Shown here piece after piece: positions 36,153 to 44,673 of a stretch of DNA of 64,000 bases. The notes below the pieces were generated by a model. That model was not told the DNA's origin. It saw only the letters and a program-made list of their open reading frames with translations, and searched no databases. Within the stretch, counting starts at the first letter, position 1; the number at the start of each line of letters is the position of its first letter. This DNA comes from an uncultured Planctomycetota bacterium (GTDB lineage: Bacteria > Planctomycetota > Planctomycetia > Gemmatales > Gemmataceae). The stretch is taken from contig CAWKHF010000006.1 in NCBI GenBank assembly GCA_963849325.1, positions 704,001 through 768,000 on the forward strand. The letters are read 5' to 3'. A program made the translations under genes and the position numbers.

Positions 36153-36520
36153 GGCGAACGGCCGGCGTTAGCCGGCTGGTTGGAGCCGTATCGGCTAGTC
36201 GAAGTCGTACCAGCCGGCTGACGCCGGCCGTTCGCCTCTAACAGTCCACACCGGCGCAGGCGGTCGAGGAACTCACTCGCCTCGCTCCGGAGCACCTCCG
36301 GGGGGACCGCATACCGGCCCTCTAACTCCGCCACGATTTCCGCCAGCGTGCGACGGCCATCACACAGGCCCGCGATCACGGCGGCTGTGGCGTTGAGCCA
36401 CAATACCCCTTCGGGGTAGAGAATCAGCGGCGCGCCGCTGATGCGGTCCTTCGCCATGCGAGTCTTCCTCGCCAGGCAGGGCCGAACCTGGAGGTCCAGG
36501 GACTTCTCGTCATTTCGCAT
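36110..36520 (-). CDS. pqqD: PqqD peptide chaperone with REP-derived C-terminal extension
   Basis: ILYPEGVLWLNATA..CDGRRT; lies between pqqC and pqqE. Confidence 0.88.
   Translation of the reverse strand: MRNDEKSLDLQVRPCLARKTRMAKDRISGAPLILYPEGVLWLNATAAVIAGLCDGRRTLAEIVAELEGRYAVPPEVLRSEASEFLDRLRRCGLLEANGRRQPAGTTSTSRYGSNQPANAGRSPCRAAPRRWDCWRS
36153..36236. repeat. REP-like palindrome family B at the pqqD/pqqE junction
   Basis: Same arms as the copy at 14114-14179. Confidence 0.85.
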
Positions 36521-37232
36521 GGTCGTAAGCCTGCGTCAAGGCATCCAGCATGGCCCACAACACATCGCACTTGAATTCCAGGGCCGCGACGGCTTGCTGC
36601 TGCAATTCCGCCCTCGTGCAGTGAGCGAGGGTCACCTCCAAGGCGTGCGCCGCGTCCTGCCGGGCCTGCGTCAGTCGCGCCCGGAAGTAGGCCAGCCCCC
36701 AGGACGGCACCCAGGGATAATGCCGCTCGAAGGCGGCCAATCGCTCGCCCATCAGGTCGGGAGCGAACAGTTCGGTCAGCGAGGAGGCGACCGCGACGGG
36801 CCACGGCCGACACCGGGCGAACTGCACGTAGGCGTCCACGGCAAAGCGAACACCGGGCAGCAGCCGCCGCTCCTCCCATACCTCGTCTCTCGTCAGGCCC
36901 GTCGCCTCGGCCAGCCGGAGCCATGCCTCGATCCCCCCCTGCCCAGGCTCCGTCCCATCGTGATCGAGCAATCGGCGAACCCAGATGCGGCGCACCTCCG
37001 GCAAGGGGCAGTTCGACAGGATGGCCGCGTCCTTGATCGGGATGTTCCGCTGATAGTAGAAGCGATTGGCCACCCAGGCGCGGAGCTGGTCCGGGTTGAG
37101 TTCTCCGGAGTTCATGCGGCGATGGAACGGATGTTTGTCGTGGTATCGATCCTGGCCGACGGCCCGCAGCCGCGCCAGGAACGTCGATTGGTCCCATGAT
37201 CCCCCGCCGGTTGGTGCCTCGTGGGCCTTCAT
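36510..37232 (-). CDS. pqqC: Pyrroloquinoline-quinone synthase PqqC
   Basis: YHDKHPFH, WVANRFYYQ, IPIKDAAILSNC, SLTELFAP, FKCDVLW. Confidence 0.96.
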   Translation of the reverse strand: MKAHEAPTGGGSWDQSTFLARLRAVGQDRYHDKHPFHRRMNSGELNPDQLRAWVANRFYYQRNIPIKDAAILSNCPLPEVRRIWVRRLLDHDGTEPGQGGIEAWLRLAEATGLTRDEVWEERRLLPGVRFAVDAYVQFARCRPWPVAVASSLTELFAPDLMGERLAAFERHYPWVPSWGLAYFRARLTQARQDAAHALEVTLAHCTRAELQQQAVAALEFKCDVLWAMLDALTQAYDHAK

Positions 37233-38146
37233 AGACGGAACTCCAGGCCATCCCAGCCGACCTCGGTGCCGGCCTTCTCCACGGCTCGCCGCTGGGGAGA
37301 ATCGTCGCGGAGCATGGGATTGGTGTTGTTGATGTGGACGTAGATCTTGCGGACCGCGGGCAGAGAGGCCACCGCGATCAAGCTGCCGTCCTCCGATCCG
37401 ACGGGGAGATGGCCCATGGCTCGCGCCGAAGCCCCGTCCGCGCCGACGATCCGCATCTCCTCGTCGCTCCAGAACGTGCCGTCCAGGAGCAAGGCATCGG
37501 CATCTCGCAACCGCGTCAGCACGTCACCGTCAAGGGCGGCCAGGCCGGGGACGTACACCAATCGCCCCCCCGTGGCCTCATCCACGAGCTGGTATCCCAC
37601 GGTATCCTCTCCGCTGGGGGAGGCCCGACCTTCTCGGTAACGCGGTAACTTGCCGGGGACCGGAAAGGCCGCGTAACTCAATCCGCTCAACGTCCCGTCC
37701 GCGCAGGTCAGCGGAGCCAGGCTCGCGGGCGGCCGGCGCCAATCCAGCCCGCCATAGCGATCGAGCACTTCGGTCAGACGAAGCCCCTCGTCGAGGGCGC
37801 GCCGCACCGAGGAAGTGGCGTGAATGGACAGCCGTCCGCCCTCACGGAGCACCAACAGACCAAGCGTGTGATCCAGATCGGCACTCGTCACCAGGATCCC
37901 CTGGATTGCGCTGCCGCGGATGGTCCCGTACGGCAGCAGAGGAGCGAACGATTCGATCTGGACGCGAACGTCCGGGGAGGCGTTGAGGAGGAACCAGCGC
38001 CGCCCGTCGGCGCTGACGGCCACGCACGACTGGGTGCGCGGCCGTGCCCGCACGGTGCCTCGGCGGACACCTTCGCAATTGAGGCATCCGCAGTTCCATT
38101 GGGGGAAGCCACCTCCAGCCGCCGTGCCCAGGAGACGAACGTGCAT
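37229..38146 (-). CDS. pqqB: PqqB
   Basis: LGTAAGGGFPQWNC, RTQS, LNASPD, DGTFW, MGH, HINNTNP. Confidence 0.96.
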   Translation of the reverse strand: MHVRLLGTAAGGGFPQWNCGCLNCEGVRRGTVRARPRTQSCVAVSADGRRWFLLNASPDVRVQIESFAPLLPYGTIRGSAIQGILVTSADLDHTLGLLVLREGGRLSIHATSSVRRALDEGLRLTEVLDRYGGLDWRRPPASLAPLTCADGTLSGLSYAAFPVPGKLPRYREGRASPSGEDTVGYQLVDEATGGRLVYVPGLAALDGDVLTRLRDADALLLDGTFWSDEEMRIVGADGASARAMGHLPVGSEDGSLIAVASLPAVRKIYVHINNTNPMLRDDSPQRRAVEKAGTEVGWDGLEFRL

Positions 38147-38182
38147 CACCTTCTCCGCGCCAGGTCGCTCCGCTCGCGTCCC

Positions 38183-38344
38183 TCAAAGGGGAGGCAGCCG
38201 AACTTCGCCGGACACTCGTTCGTCCACTCCCCGGCAAGCCGAGAGATCGTTTGTCTCGAAGGCATCCTGCGTGCCGGCGTACGCCGTGCATTCTCCCGCC
38301 ACGTCGATTTCCTGAAAATCCGGTTTGGACCATTGATCATTCAC
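38183..38344 (-). CDS. pqqA: PQQ precursor peptide PqqA (53 aa, absent from the ORF track)
   Basis: AAGGAG-7 nt-GTG. Translates MNDQWSKPDFQEIDVAGECTAYAGTQDAFETNDLSACRGVDERVSGEVRLPPL*, with WxKP and the ExxxY core. Directly upstream of pqqB. Confidence 0.88.
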   Translation of the reverse strand: MNDQWSKPDFQEIDVAGECTAYAGTQDAFETNDLSACRGVDERVSGEVRLPPL

Positions 38345-38453
38345 GACTCATCTCCTTTCGTGCCTGCTCCGGAGCCTCGGCCGTAACACCAACGGCGGAG
38401 GGTATCACTACCGAATAGCGATTGCAAGGATTTTCCCCCATTCGATCCGAAGG

Positions 38454-38589
38454 GGGCTTTGCCCATAAACCCCTCGAAACGGTGAGATGCCGAAGGTGGG
38501 TGGGAGCCTCTCTTTGCCAGATTCCTATGTCCCCGAGTTTATGGGCAAAGCCAGGTTTACGGGCAGACGCCGGTTTACAGACAAAGCCC
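38454..38589. mobile_element. MITE-like element with 16-bp TIR and a triplicated right end
   Basis: GGCTTTGCCCATAAAC (38455-38470) / GTTTATGGGCAAAGCC (38537-38552), then degenerate GGTTTACGGGCAGACGCC and GGTTTACAGACAAAGCCC. Confidence 0.6.
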
Positions 38590-38637
38590 TACCGCACGCC
38601 TACAACAGAAGTCATCATCTCTTGGGAGGATTGACTC

Positions 38638-39418
38638 GTGGCGGTACTGGACAAGTTCCGACTGGAGGGTCGCCGCGCCCTGGTGACGGGCGGCAGTCGC
38701 GGTCTGGGGCGGGCGATGGCGCAGGCGTTCGCCGAGGCGGGAGCGGACCTGATCCTTGTCGGCCGGGACGCCGACAGTTTGAACCGCGCCTGCGACGAAC
38801 TGCAACCTCTCGGCCACGACATCCGCACGATCGCCGCCGACCTGTCCAGCGGCGAATCGGCGGAGCGTCTGTGTGACGTATTGCTCGGCGAGCATCCGCC
38901 CATCGACATTCTGGTCAACAACGTCGGCGGCCGGCGCGAGAACATCGCCACCGAGGACATGCCGCTGGAGACGTGGCAGCGACTGATCGACCTGAACCTG
39001 ACCAGCGCGTTCGTATGCAGCAAGCGTCTCGGCGGCGCCATGCTGCGCGCGGCGCTGGGGCCGCATCCTCAACATCGCTTCCATCTGCGGCCAGATCGCC
39101 ACGCGCAACATCCACGGCCGGCATTACGAGACGGCCAAGGCGGCGCTGGTCGGCTTCAGCCGCGCCCTCGCCGCCGACTGGGCGCCGTTCGGCATCACCG
39201 TCAACGCCATCGCGCCGGGCGGTTTCCTGACCGACGCCAATCGCCGTTGGTTCCGCGAACGCCCCAGTTTTCAGAAGGAGGTCGAAGCGCTCATCCCGAT
39301 GGGCCGCCTCGGCGAGCCGGACGAGATTGGCCCGCTGGCGCTGTACCTCGCCAGTGAGGCGTCACGGTACATGACCGGCGCCTTGCTCGTGATCGATGGC
39401 GGCTATACGCTGTGGTAA
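38638..39418 (+). CDS. SDR oxidoreductase (gluconate 5-dehydrogenase-like; indel near 39055)
   Basis: TGGSRGLG, ILVNNVG, YETAK, VNAIAPG, DGGYTLW*. Confidence 0.9.
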
Positions 39419-39463
39419 AGTTCCGCTCCTCCGCCTTGGCTCCCGCGAAAAATACTCCTCAGA

Positions 39464-39516
39464 GCCCGCGGCGTCAGCGAGGGAAGCAGTCGGCCTCCCT
39501 CATTGACGCTGCGGGC
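39464..39516. repeat. REP-like palindrome between convergent genes
   Basis: GCCCGCGGCGTCAGCGAGGGA / TCCCTCATTGACGCTGCGGGC. Confidence 0.7.
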
Positions 39517-39585
39517 ACCGACCACGGTATTTCACTCGGGCCGAAGCCGTAAGATCATGCCACCCTTCCCATGAACCTCCCGACA

Positions 39586-42437
39586 TCAACTTCCTGGACG
39601 CACCCAGATCGGCGACGCCCACGCCATCTGACCGTCTTTCTGGATGACCCGCACATAGTAATAACTCGCCTTGTCGCCTTTCTTCGGCGCCGCATCGTCC
39701 CAGTGGAACTTGGCCTGCTCGCTGTCCTTATCCGGCCGATGCGTGTGCATCACCTCGCCGTCGCGCAGCACGTCCACGCGGTCGAGTGGGCCGGTGCCGA
39801 GGACGACCACGTCCAGCGACGGTTTGCCGGTGCGGACCTCGTCGCCCATGAGGTAATTACCCATGCGCACGTCGAGGACGATGTTGTCGGTGGCGCCGTA
39901 GCTGTGGCGCTTCTTGATCGCCTCGACCAGCCCCTTGCGGCTGAACTCCTCGGCGAGAATGCAGGCGTAGCTGATATGCGTCGAGACGTGATCGCTCGAC
40001 GACTGGAAGCCGAGACGATAGCCCTTGGCCAGGGCCAGCGAGACGAAACCGTCCGGCCGGTAGGGTCCGTGGACCTGGGCGCTTTTCTCGCTGAGGGTCC
40101 GCGGCGCGCCGGGAGCCTCGTAGGACGAATCGAAGCCCTGGGCGATTTCGACGACAGGTTCCAGCTCGTTGTCGTGCTCGGCCCAGTTGGTACCCTGATC
40201 GGTCGCGGAGGTGTGCAGGGTGCAAATGCCGCCGGTACGGCGCAGGTAGTCGTAAAGCTTGCCGGTGTCCTCGGCCATCTGCTTGCGGATGGCCCGCTGC
40301 GGCACCGGCAGCGTGCGATGGCCGCGCTCCGTCCAGATGACGTTGCGATGGCCGTTGGGATACGGCACGCTGCGCTCATATCCATACATCGAAATAAAAG
40401 CATGAGGCAGTGTGTACAGGTCGTTGGCCTTCTGGGTGCGCCACCAGGGATATTCCTTGTCGCCGCCCATGTTGTGATCGGTGATGAAAATGAAATCGAA
40501 GGCGGCGGCGTCCAGGCCGTAGCGGTGCAGATCCAATAGCGAGCCGTCGCCGACGCCGTCGGGCGAAATGTCGGTGTGGCGGTGCATGTCGCCGCGATAG
40601 ATGCGGTAGGTACGGCCGCCGGACTCGACCTTGTAGGCGCGGATGCGCGCCACCTGCTCCGCCTCGCGCGGATGGATGCGCTTCACGGTCGCCGATGCGA
40701 CGCGCAGGTCGCGCAGGCGGGCCTCGGCGGGCCGACCGGCGCCCGACAGTCGGCTGACGGCCACGCTCAGGTTGCGCTCGGTCATGGTGCCGGGCGGGTT
40801 CCAACCGCGATTGTCGCTGGCGTAGGCGAAGTAAACGCTGCCTTTCGGATCGCGCTGAGGTGACAATCGCATGTCATTGCGGCCGGCCGACGACGGCAGC
40901 GCGATGGCGGACGTCCAGCGGTCGCCGACGAAGGCCGTGGCGTACACGTCCCAGCGGCCGCGCGCCCCCAGTCATCGACGCGCGGATTGCGGCAAGTACG
41001 GTGGCGAAACGCCAGCCACATGCGGCCCTCCGTGTCGCCCTGCAAGCTGGGTAGCTCGCTGAATGTGCGCAGGTCCGACGGCAGCGCTTGCGTCAGGTCC
41101 GCTTCCGGCTCGCGCCACTTGCCCTCGACCAGGCAGGCCACGCGCAAACGACGGTCGTGATACAGACGAGTGCCGGCGTTCTCGCGCACCAGATGGCCGG
41201 CGTCCTTGCCCCACTGCGGTCCGGACTGGTCCCACGCCACCCACAACCGTCCCTCGCGGTCGCAGGCCAGGCTCGGATGGGCCTGGAACACGGGCGACGG
41301 ATCGGGACAAAGGACGTCGCCCAGCTTCGGTGCCGGGCCGCCGGACAGGCTGCGGACGCGAATGCCGTAATCGCCGGTCTCATAAGTGTCCCAGCCGACC
41401 CAGACGCGATCGGACTTCGTGTCCGGGGCAACGACCGGGTTCCAGTCGTTGGCCTTCGCCGTGCTGACGCGGATGGGTTCGTGCCAGCCGTCGCCGTCGG
41501 CGCAGCGGGCAAAGATGTCGGCCTGTCCGTCATGGAATCCCTGCCAGACGAGCCAGGCTCGGCCGCGTTGATCGGTGGTCATCGTGTGCCAGATGTCCGG
41601 GCCGGCGTCGTTGGTCAGACGTATCTCGTCGCCGAGTTTGCCGTCGCGGTAAGAGCGGGCGAACAGGTTCCAGTTGTGCTCGCGCTGACTGGCCCAGACG
41701 ATCCAGAGCGTGTCGCCGTGCGTACTGGCCAGGGCGACGCGGAAGTGATCGCCCGGACGCGCCACCTCCTTCGGCTCCGACCAGGCGCCGTCCGGCCCGT
41801 CGCGCTCGGCGAGCAGGACGCGATCTTGCTGCTGGCGGTAGGCGACCCAGGCGAGATAGTGCTTGCCGGTCTTGTAGCGCACCCAGAACGCGGGATAGTC
41901 GTCCTGCACGGGATTCTCGGCGCGCGGCGGTGCCGCCGGACGCAGCACGCTCGTCGCCGGCAGACGTTCGACGCGCACCTGGTCGTCGAGGAACATCTTC
42001 GCTTCGCCGAGCAAGATGTCGCCGGCTTTGAACTTCACTTCTCCGGCCTTGAGGGTGATGGTCAGTGTCGGTGCTTCGCCGCGTACCGTGAGCGTGACAC
42101 CGTTGGGCCAGGGCGTTTGCGGAGCCTCCACCTTGCCGGAAGGAGTGGCAATGGGGAAGCGTTCGCCCGGAGCGATATTTTTGTGCGTGCGGCACTTCCA
42201 GCCTTTGACGCCCTCGACGGCGTCCTTCTCCTCGAAGCGCCAGCCGGTTAGCGCCGTGACCTCGCCGTCGGCGATGGCGACCTGCCCGCTCCAGTCGCCG
42301 GGCTGCTTGTCCTTCAGTCCGAGCGTGATCCGCAAGAGATGCCGCGGCGGCTCGGCTTGCTTCTGCGACGCGGCCACGACGACCATCAGGACAACAGCAA
42401 GGACAGCGACGCCATAACGGCGGACACGCGCGGACAT
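39586..42437 (-). CDS. Exported protein with propeller-like repeats and a PHP/DUF3604-like metallohydrolase domain (indel near 40960)
   Basis: Signal peptide; WIVW/WLVW/WVAW blade repeats; GDMHRHT, ITDH, GYE, GHRN, SSDH. Confidence 0.75.
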
Positions 42438-42540
42438 GACAGACCCCCTGGCAGCCGGAAGGACGAGGCGAGTACGTCGGCTGCCATTAGAACGCCCGCA
42501 GGATGCCAATGCAACTGGCAAACGGCGTCTCGGAGAACGG

Positions 42541-42879
42541 TCAGCGGCCAGTCAGCTTGTCCAGTTCCGCGAAGATCTGATCGAGCGTCGCCGGGTCGAG
42601 GACGCCAAGGGGTTGCAGGCAATAGCGCTGATCGAGAGCGCGAACCTGAAACACAAGGGCGATAGAGGGGACCGTCAAGCCATTCCGACCGTCGGGTTGA
42701 ACGAGAACGGTGCCGGGAAAGCGCGTTGCCTTTGACGAGCTGGTGAAAGGTACGATCAAGACGGTAGGCAATCTTGCCGTGAAGGGAGCGTCCTGCACGA
42801 TAACAGCAGGGCGCACTCCAGCCTGCGCGTGGCCAGGCGTGAAGGGAATGTCCGCCTGCCAGACTTCACCGCGTTGCAT
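42541..42879 (-). CDS. mazF: Type II toxin, PemK/MazF family
   Basis: QRGEVW..GHAQAGVRPAVIVQ..IVPFTS..QVRALD. Confidence 0.88.
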   Translation of the reverse strand: MQRGEVWQADIPFTPGHAQAGVRPAVIVQDAPFTARLPTVLIVPFTSSSKATRFPGTVLVQPDGRNGLTVPSIALVFQVRALDQRYCLQPLGVLDPATLDQIFAELDKLTGR

Positions 42880-43087
42880 CGTCTTCCCCTTCGCGCAACT
42901 GCCGCTCGACCAGTTCCAGGGCTTGCGCTGGCCCGGTCCCAGGCGTCGAATTCCTCCTGCAATTCCGGCGGGACTTCGATCGGCCCGCGGATAACGTGGA
43001 CCTCGACGAATGCACCTTCCGGCAGCGGCGCGTTCGGCACGACGACGCCGTTCTTGACGAAGCCCGCAACGATGTTCGGCATGGCAT
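42866..43087 (-). CDS. Putative antitoxin partner (indel near 42925)
   Basis: MPNIVAGFVKNGVVVP..LPEG..ELQEEFDAWDRAS/AQALELVE; overlaps the toxin start. Confidence 0.65.
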   Translation of the reverse strand: MPCRTSLRASSRTASSCRTRRCRKVHSSRSTLSAGRSKSRRNCRRNSTPGTGPAQALELVERQLREGEDDATR

Positions 43088-43181
43088 GATCCTCCGGAAT
43101 CACCCTTGCGAATGGTAACACAAGCGCCGACTTCCGGCAGCGCGTCATCCCGACGAAGGACTCCGCGACCATCCGTGCCAT

Positions 43182-43972
43182 TCAGGGTCGATTGCCTCCG
43201 CGAAAGCGGCGCAGGAAGTACGCCAGCAACTCCGCCCGGCTGGACACGCCGAAGTGACGGTAGAGTGTGCCGACGTACTCGTGGATGGTGGTTTGGCTCA
43301 GGCCCAGCCGCGCCGCCACCTGTTTTTCGCTATCGCCTTCGAGCAGGGCGTCCAGCGTTTGCCGGACACGCGGAGCCAGGTCGGAAACCGCCGGTTCGCG
43401 GGCGCTGGCCAGCGCCCGGCCGACGAGGGGGCCGATTTCCCGATGGAAGAGGTGGACCAGGCGGCGTTCCCGCCGCGCGAACAGCGGCGCGTCCCCAGCG
43501 CGGAAAAAAGAAAAGGAGCTGAACAGGCCGCCTTCCAACGCCTGCTCCGAGTAGAGACCGGCGCCAACGCCGGCCACTCGGAAGTACTCGTTGAAGCCGG
43601 TGCTGGCCTGCCAGCGCCGCATCTCGATCAGCTGTTCGGGGCTGCGCGTGTTGAACCGGCCGGAGAGACGAGCGAACTGACACATGAAGGGATCGCGCGG
43701 TAACATCTGATCGTGAACATACGCGAGATGATAGCGGCGAGCCTGGGGCGAACTCCATCCCACGTCCACGCTCTGGAGAATCCATTGCGCCCCCTTGAGG
43801 ATCGGGGCCGTCGATTCGCCGCCGATTCCTACCGCCGCGCCGATCAAGCCGCGCAGACGATCCACGGCGTGACGCCGCCACGTCAGCGAATCGGCCCCAG
43901 TTCGCGGCATTCGCCGACCAGACGATAGATGTCCCGAACTTCTCGCAGGCGCAGCCGTTGCGATGTGCTCAT
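43182..43972 (-). CDS. LuxR-type HTH transcriptional regulator (indel near 43890)
   Basis: LAPRVRQTL..GDSEKQVAARLGLSQTTIHEYV..YRHFGVSSRAEL. Confidence 0.85.
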
Positions 43973-44289
43973 GGTCTCTTCTCGCCGCTGGAGATGGTCG
44001 GAGAGGATTGGCGGCATCGCCGGGACGTCTCGCTCTTGTCCCCTCTGTTTAGAGGGATTGCATTTCCCCGCGGATAGGGCCATACTAAGCTCGATTCGTT
44101 CTCCCTGATCTCCGTTATTGATGACCTCCACTTTGTCAGTGGAGGCCGTGGATGTCAAGGAGAACGCACGACGGCCACTGAAACAGGGAGAGAGATCGGA
44201 ACGCGGATCAAGCCGGGACGGGGAGCGGATCGCACCGTGGAGTTGACGCAGATTGGAACCTCTCTTCTGTTTCGGAAAGGAGACAGCCC

Positions 44290-44628
44290 ATGAATTCCCT
44301 TCCGCCCACCTCGTCGCCCAGAGGGGAACCGAAGGGCGACGTGAAGACCATCACCTTGTTTGACGGAGGAGAGTTTCGAGGCGCGGAGAACACGATCACC
44401 CGAGAGTTGGAAGCTCATGGGGATGATTTGGCGATGTGCCATCTGATGCTGGACTTTCGCCGTGTTGGGCGAATCAGCAGCGTCGATCTGGGGACGCTCA
44501 TTCTGCTTCACAAGAGACTGGCGGCCAGCGGCGGGCGGCTTACCCTCTTCAATCTGCGCGACGAAATCTACGAAGTGTTTACCGTGACGCGCCTGCACAC
44601 CGTTCTGGAGATTTGCCGCGAGAATTGA
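44290..44628 (+). CDS. STAS-domain anti-sigma factor antagonist
   Basis: LDFRRVGRISSVDLGTLI..GGRLTLFNL..YEVFTVTRL. Confidence 0.85.
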   Translation: MNSLPPTSSPRGEPKGDVKTITLFDGGEFRGAENTITRELEAHGDDLAMCHLMLDFRRVGRISSVDLGTLILLHKRLAASGGRLTLFNLRDEIYEVFTVTRLHTVLEICREN

Positions 44629-44673
44629 GAATCGGTGGCCCAAGCCGCATCCGGCTTGGGCCACCGATTCTCA
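44626..44673. terminator. Perfect 22-bp hairpin spanning stop codon to stop codon of two convergent genes
   Basis: TGAGAATCGGTGGCCCAAGCCG-CATC-CGGCTTGGGCCACCGATTCTCA; no T-run. Confidence 0.6.

Noticed and set aside
38146-38340. 64-aa ORF upstream of pqqB
   Set aside because: Wrong frame. The overlapping frame 38183-38344 has the PqqA motif and the RBS.
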